Shown piece by piece: positions 32,160 through 42,810 of a stretch of DNA of 64,000 bases. The stretch's first letter is position 1. Each line of letters begins with the position of its first letter. Both the position numbers and the translations under genes were made by a program. The stretch comes from an uncultured virus (IMG/VR IMGVR_UViG_3300037488_003116) (taxonomy: Duplodnaviria; Heunggongvirae; Uroviricota; Caudoviricetes): IMG/VR virus record IMGVR_UViG_3300037488_003116; one strand, given 5' to 3'. The notes beneath the pieces are model-generated. The model saw nothing but the letters and a program-made list of their open reading frames with translations, was not told the DNA's origin and ran no database searches.

Positions 32160-32516
32160 TCAGGATATTACAGGCAGGCCGATGTCTTCGTTGTTGGCAC
32201 TCTGACCGAACAGGGACCCGGCTCCATTGCCTTCGTCGTCCCTGGATGGGAACCATATTGAGTGATCGTCTAACATAAGGACGGCTGGGCTTGATTCCCA
32301 GCCCATAGATTCTCGTTCTTCTTCGGTCATGTATCGGACGCCTATAATCTTTCTACCCAGCAGGCGATTCTTGGCCTGGTCATTCCAGTAGGCTCGTACT
32401 GCGTTTGGGGTGGAGAGATCAGGTTCCTGGTTTGCTGTTTTAAACCCTCCCTCATGCGGGGGTTTTCTGCTGTTGAGTTCGTCTGGGTTGAGCCAGAGGA
32501 TCTTTCTGGGGCTCAT
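32160..32516 (-). CDS. Hypothetical phage protein with N-terminal RKILW motif
   Basis: GGAG RBS; C-terminal PSRDDEGNGAG. Confidence 0.65.
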   Translation of the reverse strand: MSPRKILWLNPDELNSRKPPHEGGFKTANQEPDLSTPNAVRAYWNDQAKNRLLGRKIIGVRYMTEEERESMGWESSPAVLMLDDHSIWFPSRDDEGNGAGSLFGQSANNEDIGLPVIS

Positions 32517-33096
32517 GGCTCCTCCGGGTAGATGGATTCTGGTGGGAAAAGGAATTCAGATTGAAGGTCACTGTCGTGCAAGTCGGCTTCAGACTGATCC
32601 GTGTCGTCTTCGGCTGTGAAAGACTCTACCGGGTCGTCGATGATCTCATATAAGTCGCCGAGGTAGATGACTTCATGCCCGAGTATATCGCTGGCCTTCT
32701 CGGCCAGGTCGGTGCCACTCCAATGGGCCAGGGTGTCTGTGATCTCCTGGATAAGTTCGGAGCTGTCCAGTTTTCGTTTCATTCTCACTCCTTTGTTTCA
32801 GTTTTAATGAATTTTACTTTCCCCTTGGGAATATAGGGTGCTAAAACCTGGGGGGATACCTTTGTGGGCTTCTTTCTGGGCACGCTAATGACCCAGTCCT
32901 CTTTATCGGTCTTAGTCTGGAAGCATAGATGGGCTTTGTCCCTGGCCACCAGGCTGAAGAGTCTCCGGCCAGACTGGGTGACTTTGTAGAATATAATCTG
33001 CCCGGTGTCATGGTTCATGTCTGCCGTGTAGCCGGTAAAAAAGTTGTGCTTGTAGGTAGTTATCATCAGGTTTACTCCCTGTGTGAGGGTTTGTTC

Positions 33097-33795
33097 TTAA
33101 CCTTTCGTTTGAAATGTCCAGCAGTGTCCGCAGTCCAGGCAGCCAGACTTGGTGTGCCTGATAGCCGGGCAGTCTTTCTTGTGCTCGGGGACATGGGCCA
33201 CGACTTCCCCGTGGCAGTGGTACGGGAATACGGTGACTATACGGGGATCATCCGGGACTGTGTCTGACGCCCGGCGAGGGCCGTAGCAGAGCTTTCCCTT
33301 GTAAGACCACGTCTCAGCAGGGGAAGTGGCATCTACGGTCACCAGGAGCCTTAGATTGCGTCTACGGGGCTTATTGATGGCTCGTGCTATCTCCAGTTTC
33401 CTTGTCATGCCCCAGAACTGGGTCTGTGGGCAGGCTTTTGCCAGCTTGAGGATGTTGGGGATGTGACACGGGTTGAGGTCGCCAGACCCACAGATCCGGA
33501 CGGAGGTCCTGGATCTGCATTCGGTGATCAGCTCGCTGATGTCTGGTCCTGCCAGGTAGGCGGAGGTCCAGAGGTGTTTCTTCTGGGAGTGGGGGAAGGC
33601 GATGGGGCCAGACTTGGCGTAGCAGGCTTTAGAGCAGGAGGCGGTTGGTCGGCAGTGCCCGGTGATGGGCAGGTCGATGCTACAGCCGGTCTTCTTGTTC
33701 ACGGAGAGGATAGTGTCCGGGTGGTACTGGGGCGGTGCGTACAGGATCAGAGGTGTGAGAAGCTCTTTTATTCTGTTGACAGGCATCTGAGGCAT
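33097..33795 (-). CDS. Phage gp88-like / radical-SAM-like Cys-rich protein
   Basis: C-x5-C-x3-CYA, RICGSGD, FWGMTR and C-terminal CP...C..C..CW. Confidence 0.6.
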   Translation of the reverse strand: MPQMPVNRIKELLTPLILYAPPQYHPDTILSVNKKTGCSIDLPITGHCRPTASCSKACYAKSGPIAFPHSQKKHLWTSAYLAGPDISELITECRSRTSVRICGSGDLNPCHIPNILKLAKACPQTQFWGMTRKLEIARAINKPRRRNLRLLVTVDATSPAETWSYKGKLCYGPRRASDTVPDDPRIVTVFPYHCHGEVVAHVPEHKKDCPAIRHTKSGCLDCGHCWTFQTKG

Positions 33796-33840
33796 AAGAA
33801 ACTCCTTTATTTGTGGGTTGGTTTGGAGTATTATTTGTGT

Positions 33841-33890
33841 TAACTATTTTCACGAAATAGTTACGGTAACTATTTTGATGAAAAAGTTAC
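33841..33890. promoter_or_regulatory. Tandem palindromic sites, copies 2 and 3, in a divergent intergenic region
   Basis: TAACTATTT-TCACG-AAATAGTTA at 33841-33863 and GTAACTATTT-TGATG-AAAAAGTTAC at 33866-33890. Confidence 0.65.
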
Positions 33891-33909
33891 GTATATAAAT
33901 CAAGGTGTT

Positions 33910-34155
33910 ATGAATAAAATCCGAGAACTGAGTACCAGGTTATTGCCGGAGGGCCAGACTATAAAGACCATCCGGGGTAAGGCTTATTTGTATCAGCAGG
34001 AGTATGGCCGGACCCGGTTCTTGGGTCCGGCTACGGATGAGCAGGTGGACAACTTCAAGAATGCCGGGCTTATTAAATGGTTGATCAAGAATGAGGAGAA
34101 GTTTGTGAAGGGTCTCCTGTACCTTCAGGGGTTGAGGCGGGGAACAGCCGAGTAA
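33910..34155 (+). CDS. Small putative DNA-binding protein
   Basis: IKTIRGKAYLY...RFLGP beta-hairpin motif; one of the few plus-strand genes; follows the palindromes. Confidence 0.55.
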   Translation: MNKIRELSTRLLPEGQTIKTIRGKAYLYQQEYGRTRFLGPATDEQVDNFKNAGLIKWLIKNEEKFVKGLLYLQGLRRGTAE

Positions 34156-34437
34156 TTTTTTCCTTGATCCGGTTTATTTCTACCCTGCAAGCAGAGGTGA
34201 GTATCTGCATTGGTGGTATGAGTTCTTTGGGTTCTCCTTCAGGGAACAGTTGATTAAGGGTGGCGAGAAGTTGTTCGTTCTTGAGACTTTTCAGGTGGCC
34301 TTTTATGCTTTTGCACTCGTGGAGCATGTCTATAGTGGACTTTAGGACGGTGACAGCTTCGTCTGTTTTATGTTGCTGTATGTCAGCTATGGTGGATATG
34401 AGGGCTAGTTCCAGGATTTCTGCGTTGACGGCTTTCA

Positions 34438-34797
34438 TCATTTTGGTACCTCGAAGGTTAGTTTGCCCCGGACTTCTTTGCAGGTTTTGCCATTGAAGAC
34501 CCAGCGCCATTGGGAGAAGTCTTCCCCGGCCATCTGGATGTAGGAGCCGGGTTCTACGTAGGGGGCGAGGGCTTTGAAGTATTCTTTTTCTCCGCCCCGG
34601 CTTTCGCCGATGAATAGTATGCTGGTGATGTCCTGGGTAGGGTCATTGTTTTTGTGCTTGAGTTTCCAGCCGGAGGGGCCTCCCATGCATATCAGATCCC
34701 TTACCCTGATGGCTTGCTCGCTCAGAATCAACACGGCTTTGAAGTTTTTCTTCTTGATATGAAATTTTGCCTTGACTTGGCTCATCAGATAGCTCAT
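34438..34797 (-). CDS. Hypothetical phage protein
   Basis: LAPYVEPGSYIQMAGED..WRW; GGAG RBS. Confidence 0.6.
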   Translation of the reverse strand: MSYLMSQVKAKFHIKKKNFKAVLILSEQAIRVRDLICMGGPSGWKLKHKNNDPTQDITSILFIGESRGGEKEYFKALAPYVEPGSYIQMAGEDFSQWRWVFNGKTCKEVRGKLTFEVPK

Positions 34798-34813
34798 TTT
34801 TTAGACTCCTTGA

Positions 34814-35359
34814 ATGAGGTTTGTAATGCCACTACCAGTAAATTGCCCCGTCTGTAACACAGAGTTTAAAGCCCTTTCCAAAAAAATGGTTGGAAACTGT
34901 TCAGGTCTGTGGTGCCCGAGGTGTTTCAAATTTTTTCTTGCTCCAGAAGTAATTGTACCTAAGATTCAGAAGGATAAAGACCCTGAAAGATACTCTTTAG
35001 AAAACAGGTATATCAGATTATCCTCTTCCGCGACAAGGAGAGGAATAGAGCTTGCCTTGTCTTCGGAGGAGTTTTTTTTGTGGTGGAGAGGTCGTCCAGA
35101 TATCTGTCATTATTGTGGAGGTTCTTTGAGTGACATCATCTATCTGCACAATAAATTTTTAAAGACTAAATTGAGTTCCTATTTTAGCTCTCCACATCTA
35201 ACAGTAGACAGAAAAGATAGTAATCAGGGTTATCTGATAAGTAATATTGAGAAAGCTTGTTTGACCTGTAATCTAATCAAAGGGCCTCTTATGACGGAAC
35301 AAGAGGCCCTGTCTTTGTGCCCAGGTATTATTCAGAGATTTAAGTCTCTTTTGCTCTGA
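34814..35359 (+). CDS. HNH-type endonuclease
   Basis: CHYCG...LTVDRKDSNQGY..SNI..ACLTCNLIKG; AT-rich; antisense to flanking genes. Confidence 0.8.
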   Translation: MRFVMPLPVNCPVCNTEFKALSKKMVGNCSGLWCPRCFKFFLAPEVIVPKIQKDKDPERYSLENRYIRLSSSATRRGIELALSSEEFFLWWRGRPDICHYCGGSLSDIIYLHNKFLKTKLSSYFSSPHLTVDRKDSNQGYLISNIEKACLTCNLIKGPLMTEQEALSLCPGIIQRFKSLLL

Positions 35360-36568
35360 GCTGGCTTAAAATATCCTGTTGAACGAGTACCTGGAAGGCT
35401 TCCAGGGCTTCGTCATAGGTTGAGTAGGCGTCTACCGGGTAATCCAGACAGGTTTCTCCCTGCCAGATGTTGATTCCGAACCAGCCCCAAGTGGAGATGT
35501 CGCCCAGATCCAGCTCCTCGATATCCTTATCGGTCCAGCGGGTGGCGCTGGAGGCCTTTCCTATAATTCTTGGTGACCCTGGTAGTTTTCTGCCAGACAG
35601 ATAACTGAACCTGTATTCTCCGGCAGTGGTCAGGACGTAGGTCCTGTTGAGGCCGGGGACTCGGGCTTCGGCGATATCTTTCCCGGCGTAGAAGATGCTG
35701 TTAGTCTTCTGGGTGCTTATTTTGGGGGTGATGATTGAGATTGGGAGTTCAGTTTCAATGTGAACTGATAAGCTCGTGGCGTTTGGCACGCACGTACGCC
35801 GGGTGGTTCTCTGTCGGGTCTGGGGCAATTTTCCACCAGCCCGTGGCTTGGAAGTTCTCGGTTTCATAATTGAGTTCTCCTTGGTTACAGTTGTCGATGA
35901 TACAGGTTTTGGCTCTTTCTTCCGCTTCCTGGGTCATATGGGCTCGGGTTTCATCTGTGACCCGTTTCCTGGGAGGGAGCCTGTAGAAGTATGATACCTG
36001 GTGGCAGCAGACGGTTACTGTGCCCTCAAATATCCTGCCCTTGGGCCCTGAGACCGTAGCTCCTCTACTTGCCATCGGGAACCTCCTGGATTACGAGGTT
36101 AGAGGCTTTGACCGGTTTCACATGCATGTTATTGGTGACATCTTCGGCCAGGGCATTGAGGAAGGAGGTCTTGTTTTCCCGGTGCAGGAATTCATAACAG
36201 TCGGCATCGGTCTGGGTCATGTCATAGAACAGGATGGGGCCCTGAGCTGAAGCGGCCCCTTTCATGTACCGGATTTGGCGGCAGCGGATATCGACGGTGA
36301 TGGTATCTTTCTTATTCTGAACATTGATTATCATTTTTAGCTTCTATTCTTTTGAGTTCGTTTATTAGCTGGGGGATGTCTGCGGTGGGAATTTCAATAG
36401 AGCATTTCCCCACGAGACCTTTTGAGGTTACAGGAGAGATGGATACGGTCTCCCCGTTGTTCCACAGATTCTTATGAATATATAGACCCGTGGTAATCAA
36501 CATACCGTTACGGCCTATAGACTCAGTTCTTTGCGAGAATTCTATCGAACCATGCGATAATTCTTCCA

Positions 36569-36709
36569 TTACTCCTCCTTTTCGATGTCCAGGATAGCCA
36601 GAGGGCTTATCTCGTGGTTAAGATCGTCTGGGCTGGAGTAGCCCGTGGCCGCCAGATAGCGTGCCTGGGCCTCCGGGTTGAGATCTGTGAAGTAGATTTC
36701 AAAGTTCAT
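36569..36709 (-). CDS. 46-aa ORF paralogous to the C-terminus of the adjacent 36706-37107 ORF
   Basis: FEIYFTDLNPEAQARYLAA versus FEIYFSDLTPEAQARFLAA. Confidence 0.55.
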   Translation of the reverse strand: MNFEIYFTDLNPEAQARYLAATGYSSPDDLNHEISPLAILDIEKEE

Positions 36710-38542
36710 ACCTTCTCTTCCGGTATTCTTAGGATAGTCAGAGGGCATTGTTCCTGGTTTTCTTTGTGTACTATGAGCTGAAGAAGGCTCAAGGCTGCCA
36801 GGAATCGGGCCTGGGCCTCGGGTGTGAGGTCTGAGAAGTAGATTTCAAAGATATGGCCCGGCTGATCAGTAAACGGATCGATTTCAGTCAGGGGCTGCCC
36901 CATAGCGATGTCCAGGTGCTTGGTATAGGAGTCACAGCTCGTGTACGGGGTGAGGCCACTGTAATCCAGACACGGATCAGGGAGATGGTTTCTGACTTTC
37001 ATGGCCAGGTCGTCTGCTCTGAGCTCATCCGTGGTTATGAGAACTATGTCACAGATCAGTTCCCGACCGTCTTCCTCAATAGTGGTAGCTACTACATGGA
37101 GTTTCATTTGTAAGTCCTTGTTTTGAGATATAGGTGCGTTTCAAGAATCTAGTGAGAAGTTACTTTAAGGTCTCATTCATCCGGGATGTCATCAGGGCCG
37201 TCTTCATATTCGAGGTATATTCCCTGTTCTCGGAGTTCATCGGTTAATTGTTCTTGGGTAATCTGGAGGTCATTCTCGAGGTCTTGTCTGTAGGCGTCAT
37301 CCCCGGGCTCCGGGGCATTGGCACTTTCTTCGGCTTCGAATTCGAGGTCATCGTCTGGTATGAATGGATTGTTGTTCATCCTACACTCCCGGCTACACAG
37401 CCATCGTAAGGGTGGGGGCACTTGGGATCAGTGAGTATGTCTAAGAGTTCGAGTACGTCGGCTTTGAAAGACTCTGGCATTTGGTCTCTATGGACAGAAG
37501 TCCATATACCTACGGCGGCTTTCCTTTCGCCGAAAGTGAGGATGGTTCCGGTTTCTTTATGCTTCAGGGTTACCCACCATACGTATGAGTACTGCATACG
37601 TGTGGGTACTGAGTAGACTTTAGCGGCGAACAGGACAATGAGGCGGTACAGGAGCAGGGCCGAGGAGATAACTTCGTACATGAATTTGTACTTACCAAGA
37701 TCATGTGATTCTTCTCGGAGGACAAACTTCCTGGAGGTTCGATCCCATTCCGGGCGTTGGTCGCCGTAGAGTCCTGCTTGAGGCGCTACGGGTTTCCATT
37801 TGGCTTTGAGTTTCTTGACAGTCTTTGCGTGCAGGTCATGGTCTTTGTTCCGGCGTTGGTTGTAGCGTGGGTTCACCACATAGTTTTCCATTATGAAGCT
37901 CCTTTGTTAGAGGGTGGTGGTATATCCAGACGTAATACCTGGTAGGCGGGCGTCACGGGTCACATCTCGCAAGCCTTACTACGGTCTGGGACTCCTGTGG
38001 GGGGGACGACGACGGGAGCAGCGTGCCTTCTTCTTTATGGGGGTAGGGTTTGCCTGCTCGAGGGTGTCAATTCGTGTTAGGGTGTACGTTCGTAAGAGGA
38101 GTACCGAATCAACGTATATCGTGGAATCATAGTTGACAGTGGTGTCGGGTGTTGAGCGTCTTTCTGACCATGATATTTTCTCGGTTCGGGTGATGCGAAG
38201 TTCCTCTCTTGGGATTACATCACGCCTTACTATGGAGTCGGAGACGGCGATCATGGACAGAATTAGAATCAGGAAAACAATCTTCATCGGCATCGTCCTT
38301 ATTTGAAGGTGGGGGTACACGAGGCTTATCAAAACTGAGCCCGGCTAAGAGTTCAGGGTTCTGTTCCATGCCATCGTTGATGACAATGGTACGTATACGT
38401 TCAGTGGGGATGCCCAGTTTATCGAGGGCCTTCTCGATGGCCACTTGATCAGACTCTCTTTTCGAGAAGGAGTCAGTGGTGGAGTAGTTCTTCATATATT
38501 CCTTTAAGGGAGGGGGATTGCTCCCCCTCCGGGTCAGAGGTC

Positions 38543-39166
38543 TTATTCCTTGCTGGTGCCCTTTAGGGAGGGCTTCCGGGGCACGCACAGGGCCCGGAAC
38601 TCGGCCAGAGTCGATTCATCCAGATCGTACTGCTTCCGAATCAGATCGTCGCAGGCCACCAGAGTATCGGAGACCGTGAAGACATCTCCCATGGAGAGTC
38701 CGGCTTTCTCGATGGCCGCCTGGATCTTGGTGATCAGGTCGCCGTTCTGCTCTACGCCTTCCTTCAGGGCGATGGTACGCTTGGTCTTGAACCAGGCTTC
38801 GAATTTGGCGTCGCCGATGAGGGTATGGAGGGCTTCCTGCTCGGTCTCTTCCTTCGGTACCGAGAAGGAGTCAGCGGTGGAGAAGAGCACTGCTCCGGTC
38901 TCGCCTTCGACGTAGAAGGAATTCGAGAAGTTACCTGCATAGGCAGATGCATCCTGCTGGGGCCGGACATGCTCGATGACGATGGACTCCTGCTGATCGA
39001 GCTCGGACTTCTTCTGGTTGATCTCAGCCTTGAGTCTGAGAACATCATCGACGGCGAGTTTGATCTCGCTGGTAACGACGGCAGCGATCTTGGTTGTCCC
39101 CTTCTTGGCGGGGGCTTTCGGCTTTGCAATGACATCGAACGGATTGACGGCTTTCTTGACAGCCAT
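38543..39166 (-). CDS. Hypothetical protein, likely highly expressed
   Basis: AAGGAG RBS, upstream TATAAT and downstream hairpin at 38507-38530. Confidence 0.7.
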   Translation of the reverse strand: MAVKKAVNPFDVIAKPKAPAKKGTTKIAAVVTSEIKLAVDDVLRLKAEINQKKSELDQQESIVIEHVRPQQDASAYAGNFSNSFYVEGETGAVLFSTADSFSVPKEETEQEALHTLIGDAKFEAWFKTKRTIALKEGVEQNGDLITKIQAAIEKAGLSMGDVFTVSDTLVACDDLIRKQYDLDESTLAEFRALCVPRKPSLKGTSKE

Positions 39167-39195
39167 GATAGAACTCCTTGAGAATGGTTTAGGAT

Positions 39196-39201
39196 ATTAT
39201 A
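39196..39201 (-). promoter_or_regulatory. Putative -10 box (TATAAT) upstream of 38543-39166
   Basis: Minus strand CAGTATAATATCC in intergenic DNA; a similar GCGTATAAT lies near 59212, before the DUF1257 gene. Confidence 0.45.
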
Positions 39202-40702
39202 CTGAGACTTGAGAATGAATTTATCGGGAAATTTTTCAGAAATAATTAACGAAGAACTTACGTCGGATAGACCGTCTGAATCTCTTACCTGCCGGAGTCA
39301 GGCGGTATACGCCGCCAACACAGAAGTAGGCTCCGTTTACTTCGTCATAGCCAGGTGAGCCTTCTTCCGAGTCATGGTATCCGATTTCCAGAACCAGACC
39401 CTCGCTGACTCTTTTGAAGACACGCTGGAGTTTCCGCCAGGTCTTATGGATGGCCTCTTGTTTTCTCTTGGCGTATCCGTCGTCCCCAAAGTTCAGCTCC
39501 AGCTCTGAGTCCGTGGCCAGGTGCTGGGCTACTTCCTCCAGACTGGTTCCGGCGTCTGAGATGGCACGCAGGAAGGCGTTGTACTCAATGGGGCAGATTC
39601 TCCTGATCAGTTTGCTTGAGATTACTTCGGCAAACGCCGCTCCGTATCCGCTACTCATAAGGGACTCCTTTGTTAGGGTATAAGAACTGTTTGGGTATTA
39701 ATCAGCTCGCAGAGGCGACCGATCTCGGTTTCAGATAGGGGGGAGGTTTCTCTGTGTCGTTTTAGCTCTTTGATATGTTCTGATTCAGTGTACCCGCTCT
39801 CTTCGTAGTGGGCTTGCAGGTAGCGGAGGGCGAACAGGATTGTTGCCACTCCCACCATATCGAGATGGGGGACTGTTTTCTGAGGCCCTCCTGAGACGGA
39901 CATGGGGGTGAAGATTTCTTTGGACATCTTAAACTCCTGCTCCTGTGAGGGCTTCTAATACATCTTCATACGCTTGAGCCTTACCGTCCAGATAATGATG
40001 CTCTTTCCCACCGTTTCTCACGTACTCTTTGATACGGGCATCATTATCTTTCAGTAGTTTCCGAACAATACTTTGTACGTGCTTCTTCTGCATTCAATCC
40101 TCCTATAGGATGTCACTGACATCCGCGTTGACGTTTATGATGGCCTGGCCGGACAACCAGGCGTTGCCGTCTCCTCCCTTGGCACATCCGATGATCTTAT
40201 AAGAGAGGTCTGCCAGAGACCCTACGACAGAGCTGTCGAGGATGTGTTCATCTGCATAGTCATTCATGGCGTCTACTTCTCCGAAGCCAACCAGATGACC
40301 CAGAGGTATGAGGATGTTGATGGAGACCCTTCCATCCTCAATCAGTTTCTTCAGGGCTTCGATCTTTAGGGGCTTGATAAGGACTTGGTACATGGCCCCA
40401 CAGCCCGCAATTTGTTTGAAGTGAAACCCTATCAGGACATCTTTGACATCTTTGACTTTGATTGTCTTATTCGTCGGCACTCTTGGCCTCCTCTAATATC
40501 TCGACGGTTCGTTCCAGGCCACAGGACTGAAGGATGTAGTCAATCTGTGCCTGCACGCCGCTATTGTTGATGTTTGAAGCTTCTGAGGATTTGAGGTCGT
40601 GGACGACTTCGTCCAGACTCCCCTCGCGGATCACAGGTCTCAAGACCTTCAGTTTATCGCTCGCTTGTTTTAGGGCATCTTTGATCCACGGGTGTAGCTT
40701 GC

Positions 40703-41311
40703 TCATTCTTGCCTCCCTATTTTAAGGTTAAGGGTCTTGGCTATCTTCTCGACTACCCAGGTCATGGCATCCAAGCCTTTGCGGCCTTCGTCTGTGGAGC
40801 AGTCCCAGTCCCCTGTCTGCCCTTCGATGCAGGAGTTGTACAGGGTCTGGAGATCATCCTTGATGTTGGCCACCTGGCGGTGGAGCTTTCTGTATTTCTT
40901 TGCAAGCTCTTTAGCCTCGAACTCGAGAATGAGGTGGTTCACGATGTTCGTGCTCCCGTCTTCCTCGCTGGCTATCAGGACTTCTTTGGCCCCGAACTTC
41001 TTTTTCATGAACGCAGCCAGAAGACTCCAGTCAGCGAGATGACTGACCTCAGCACTGTAGGCGAGTATGGTGCCTCTGATAAGTATCAGATGTTCAAGGT
41101 CATCCTCGGTACCGAAACTAACTTTACCAGACAGATCTACCTCTTTGCCCATGTACTCATACACCAGGGGAAATGGCTCCTCCGGCAGAATTGCATACCC
41201 TTGGGCTTTATAAGCTTCTCTGAAGAAGTCTTTGATGACGGACAGTTGCTCGGGCTTAACTATCTTCGGGAAGACGGCTACCATTGCATAGACACATTCA
41301 CCCATTGTCAC
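40703..41311 (-). CDS. Hypothetical protein
   Basis: 202 aa; AAGGAG RBS. Confidence 0.6.
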   Translation of the reverse strand: MTMGECVYAMVAVFPKIVKPEQLSVIKDFFREAYKAQGYAILPEEPFPLVYEYMGKEVDLSGKVSFGTEDDLEHLILIRGTILAYSAEVSHLADWSLLAAFMKKKFGAKEVLIASEEDGSTNIVNHLILEFEAKELAKKYRKLHRQVANIKDDLQTLYNSCIEGQTGDWDCSTDEGRKGLDAMTWVVEKIAKTLNLKIGRQE

Positions 41312-41651
41312 ACTCCTTCTGTAAGGTGTAAATCATATCCGACTTTATCCCCATTGCATAGCGTGTAGAGGATCTCGAAATCAGTCAGCTCGATAGGGGC
41401 CTTATTCAGCTCCGCCTGGGCCCTGACCCAGGTCGGGAACTCCTCGTCATACAGGGCCAGGTCTCCGATGTTCAGGTCCCCTTTGGATTGCTCCCAGCAG
41501 GCCCAGCCTTCGTCGGTGGTTCTGACCCAGAGGGTTACGGCCTCTATTAATTTACTGAGTGCCTTCTTGAGGTTTACGTCGCAGGTGAAGGACAGTTTGA
41601 CGATCATCATGGTGCCCTCACTCTCTCGGATGAACGGGATGATTCTCATAT

Positions 41652-42085
41652 TCATTCTGTGATCTCCTCTACGGTGATGGTCTCTTTTACAATGAACAGT
41701 TTGCTTTCGACGACAAGACCTTGTTGCCTGCAATCCTCCATGTAATTTTTGGCCTCATCCAGACGCTTCATAAGTTCCTCACGGGTCGGGGCACGCAGGG
41801 GTTCCGCATCATCTCCGAGAACCCCCATGTACCCGTCTTCATTATGCTGGGCAAAATAGTATGTCGTGAGGTCTTTCATTCTGTGACCTCCTCCGCTGTG
41901 ATCGTTTCCTTTACGATGAACAGTGGCGGGCCAGCGATCCCTTTGGCCTCATCCAGACGCTCCATCAATGCTCCACGGGTCTCGGCACGCAGGGGCTCCC
42001 CGTCATCGCAGCATACTTCCATGTATCCGCCTTCATAGGGCTGAGCGAAATAATATGCTCTGAGAGTCTCGGTTTTCTTTTCCAT
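41652..42085 (-). CDS. Two tandem paralogous small proteins (41652-41879 and 41876-42085)
   Basis: Both share YYFAQ..GYM....D.EPLRA.TR..LM.RLDEAK...LFIVKETIT.EE.TE. Confidence 0.75.
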
Positions 42086-42099
42086 TCTGAATCTTCCTT

Positions 42100-42810
42100 T
42101 CAGCGAGCGTACTTCTTACAGGGTTTACGAATCTTTAACATCCACGGTAAATCTTTCACAACCTTCGTCGAGTGGACTAACTTGCCCTTGGGATCTTTCA
42201 GGATGATGCCTTCGACAGACTCATCCATGTCCCAGGCCATTTTAAAGAGATCCCAGAAGCCAGACGTCCACACCTGCGACAAGACGACGTGCGTGCCAAA
42301 CTTCAGGGTCTCCAGGATCTTCCTGGAGTCTCCCCAGGTCTTGCCCAGTAAGAGCTGGTCTTTCCATCCCATCAGGCAGTGAACGATGATTCTGTTCTTG
42401 ACTCTGGCTGTGCATCGGTTCATGGTCTCTGCGTTGACGATGCAGCCACTCGGGAAGATCTCCGCCATCTCCTCCAGGACTTCGGGACTGGGCTGGTAAG
42501 CCAGACGGGCATGGTGCCGGTTCCACCAGGTGTTAGTGCTCGTGTAGATCAGGGTGTTGTCCCCGTTCCACTTCAGCTCGGCGATATATTTACCTGTAGC
42601 CTCCAGACTATCGAGGTAGTCCCGTGAGGGGTGGGAGACACTCTTCGGGTCAATGGGCATCAGGACTGGGCGATTGGGATAGTAGTAGGCGTTATTCATC
42701 ACGGGGTTCACCCGACGTTCTGTGGGCCCCAGTATCTCGGGAGTCCACAGGATTTTTCTCGATCCCTTTTTCTTGGCGACAGGTTTGGTCAAAGCTAATG
42801 GATTAGTCAT
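42100..42810 (-). CDS. ATP-dependent ligase-like nucleotidyltransferase domain
   Basis: Motif I variant ELKWNGD, motif III IVNAE, motif IV EGIILK and motif V LKIRK; no OB domain. Confidence 0.75.
   Translation of the reverse strand: MTNPLALTKPVAKKKGSRKILWTPEILGPTERRVNPVMNNAYYYPNRPVLMPIDPKSVSHPSRDYLDSLEATGKYIAELKWNGDNTLIYTSTNTWWNRHHARLAYQPSPEVLEEMAEIFPSGCIVNAETMNRCTARVKNRIIVHCLMGWKDQLLLGKTWGDSRKILETLKFGTHVVLSQVWTSGFWDLFKMAWDMDESVEGIILKDPKGKLVHSTKVVKDLPWMLKIRKPCKKYAR

Noticed and set aside
31787..32261. Several overlapping ORFs on both strands at the skew switch
   Set aside because: Mutually overlapping, no clear RBS, and they translate the DNA repeats; more likely non-coding.
40709..41368. 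Long plus-strand ORFs antisense to minus-strand genes (also 13164-13805, 55001-55579, 58568-59188, 62345-63067)
   Set aside because: Shadows of better-supported minus-strand genes with RBSs and coupling; no recognisable motifs.
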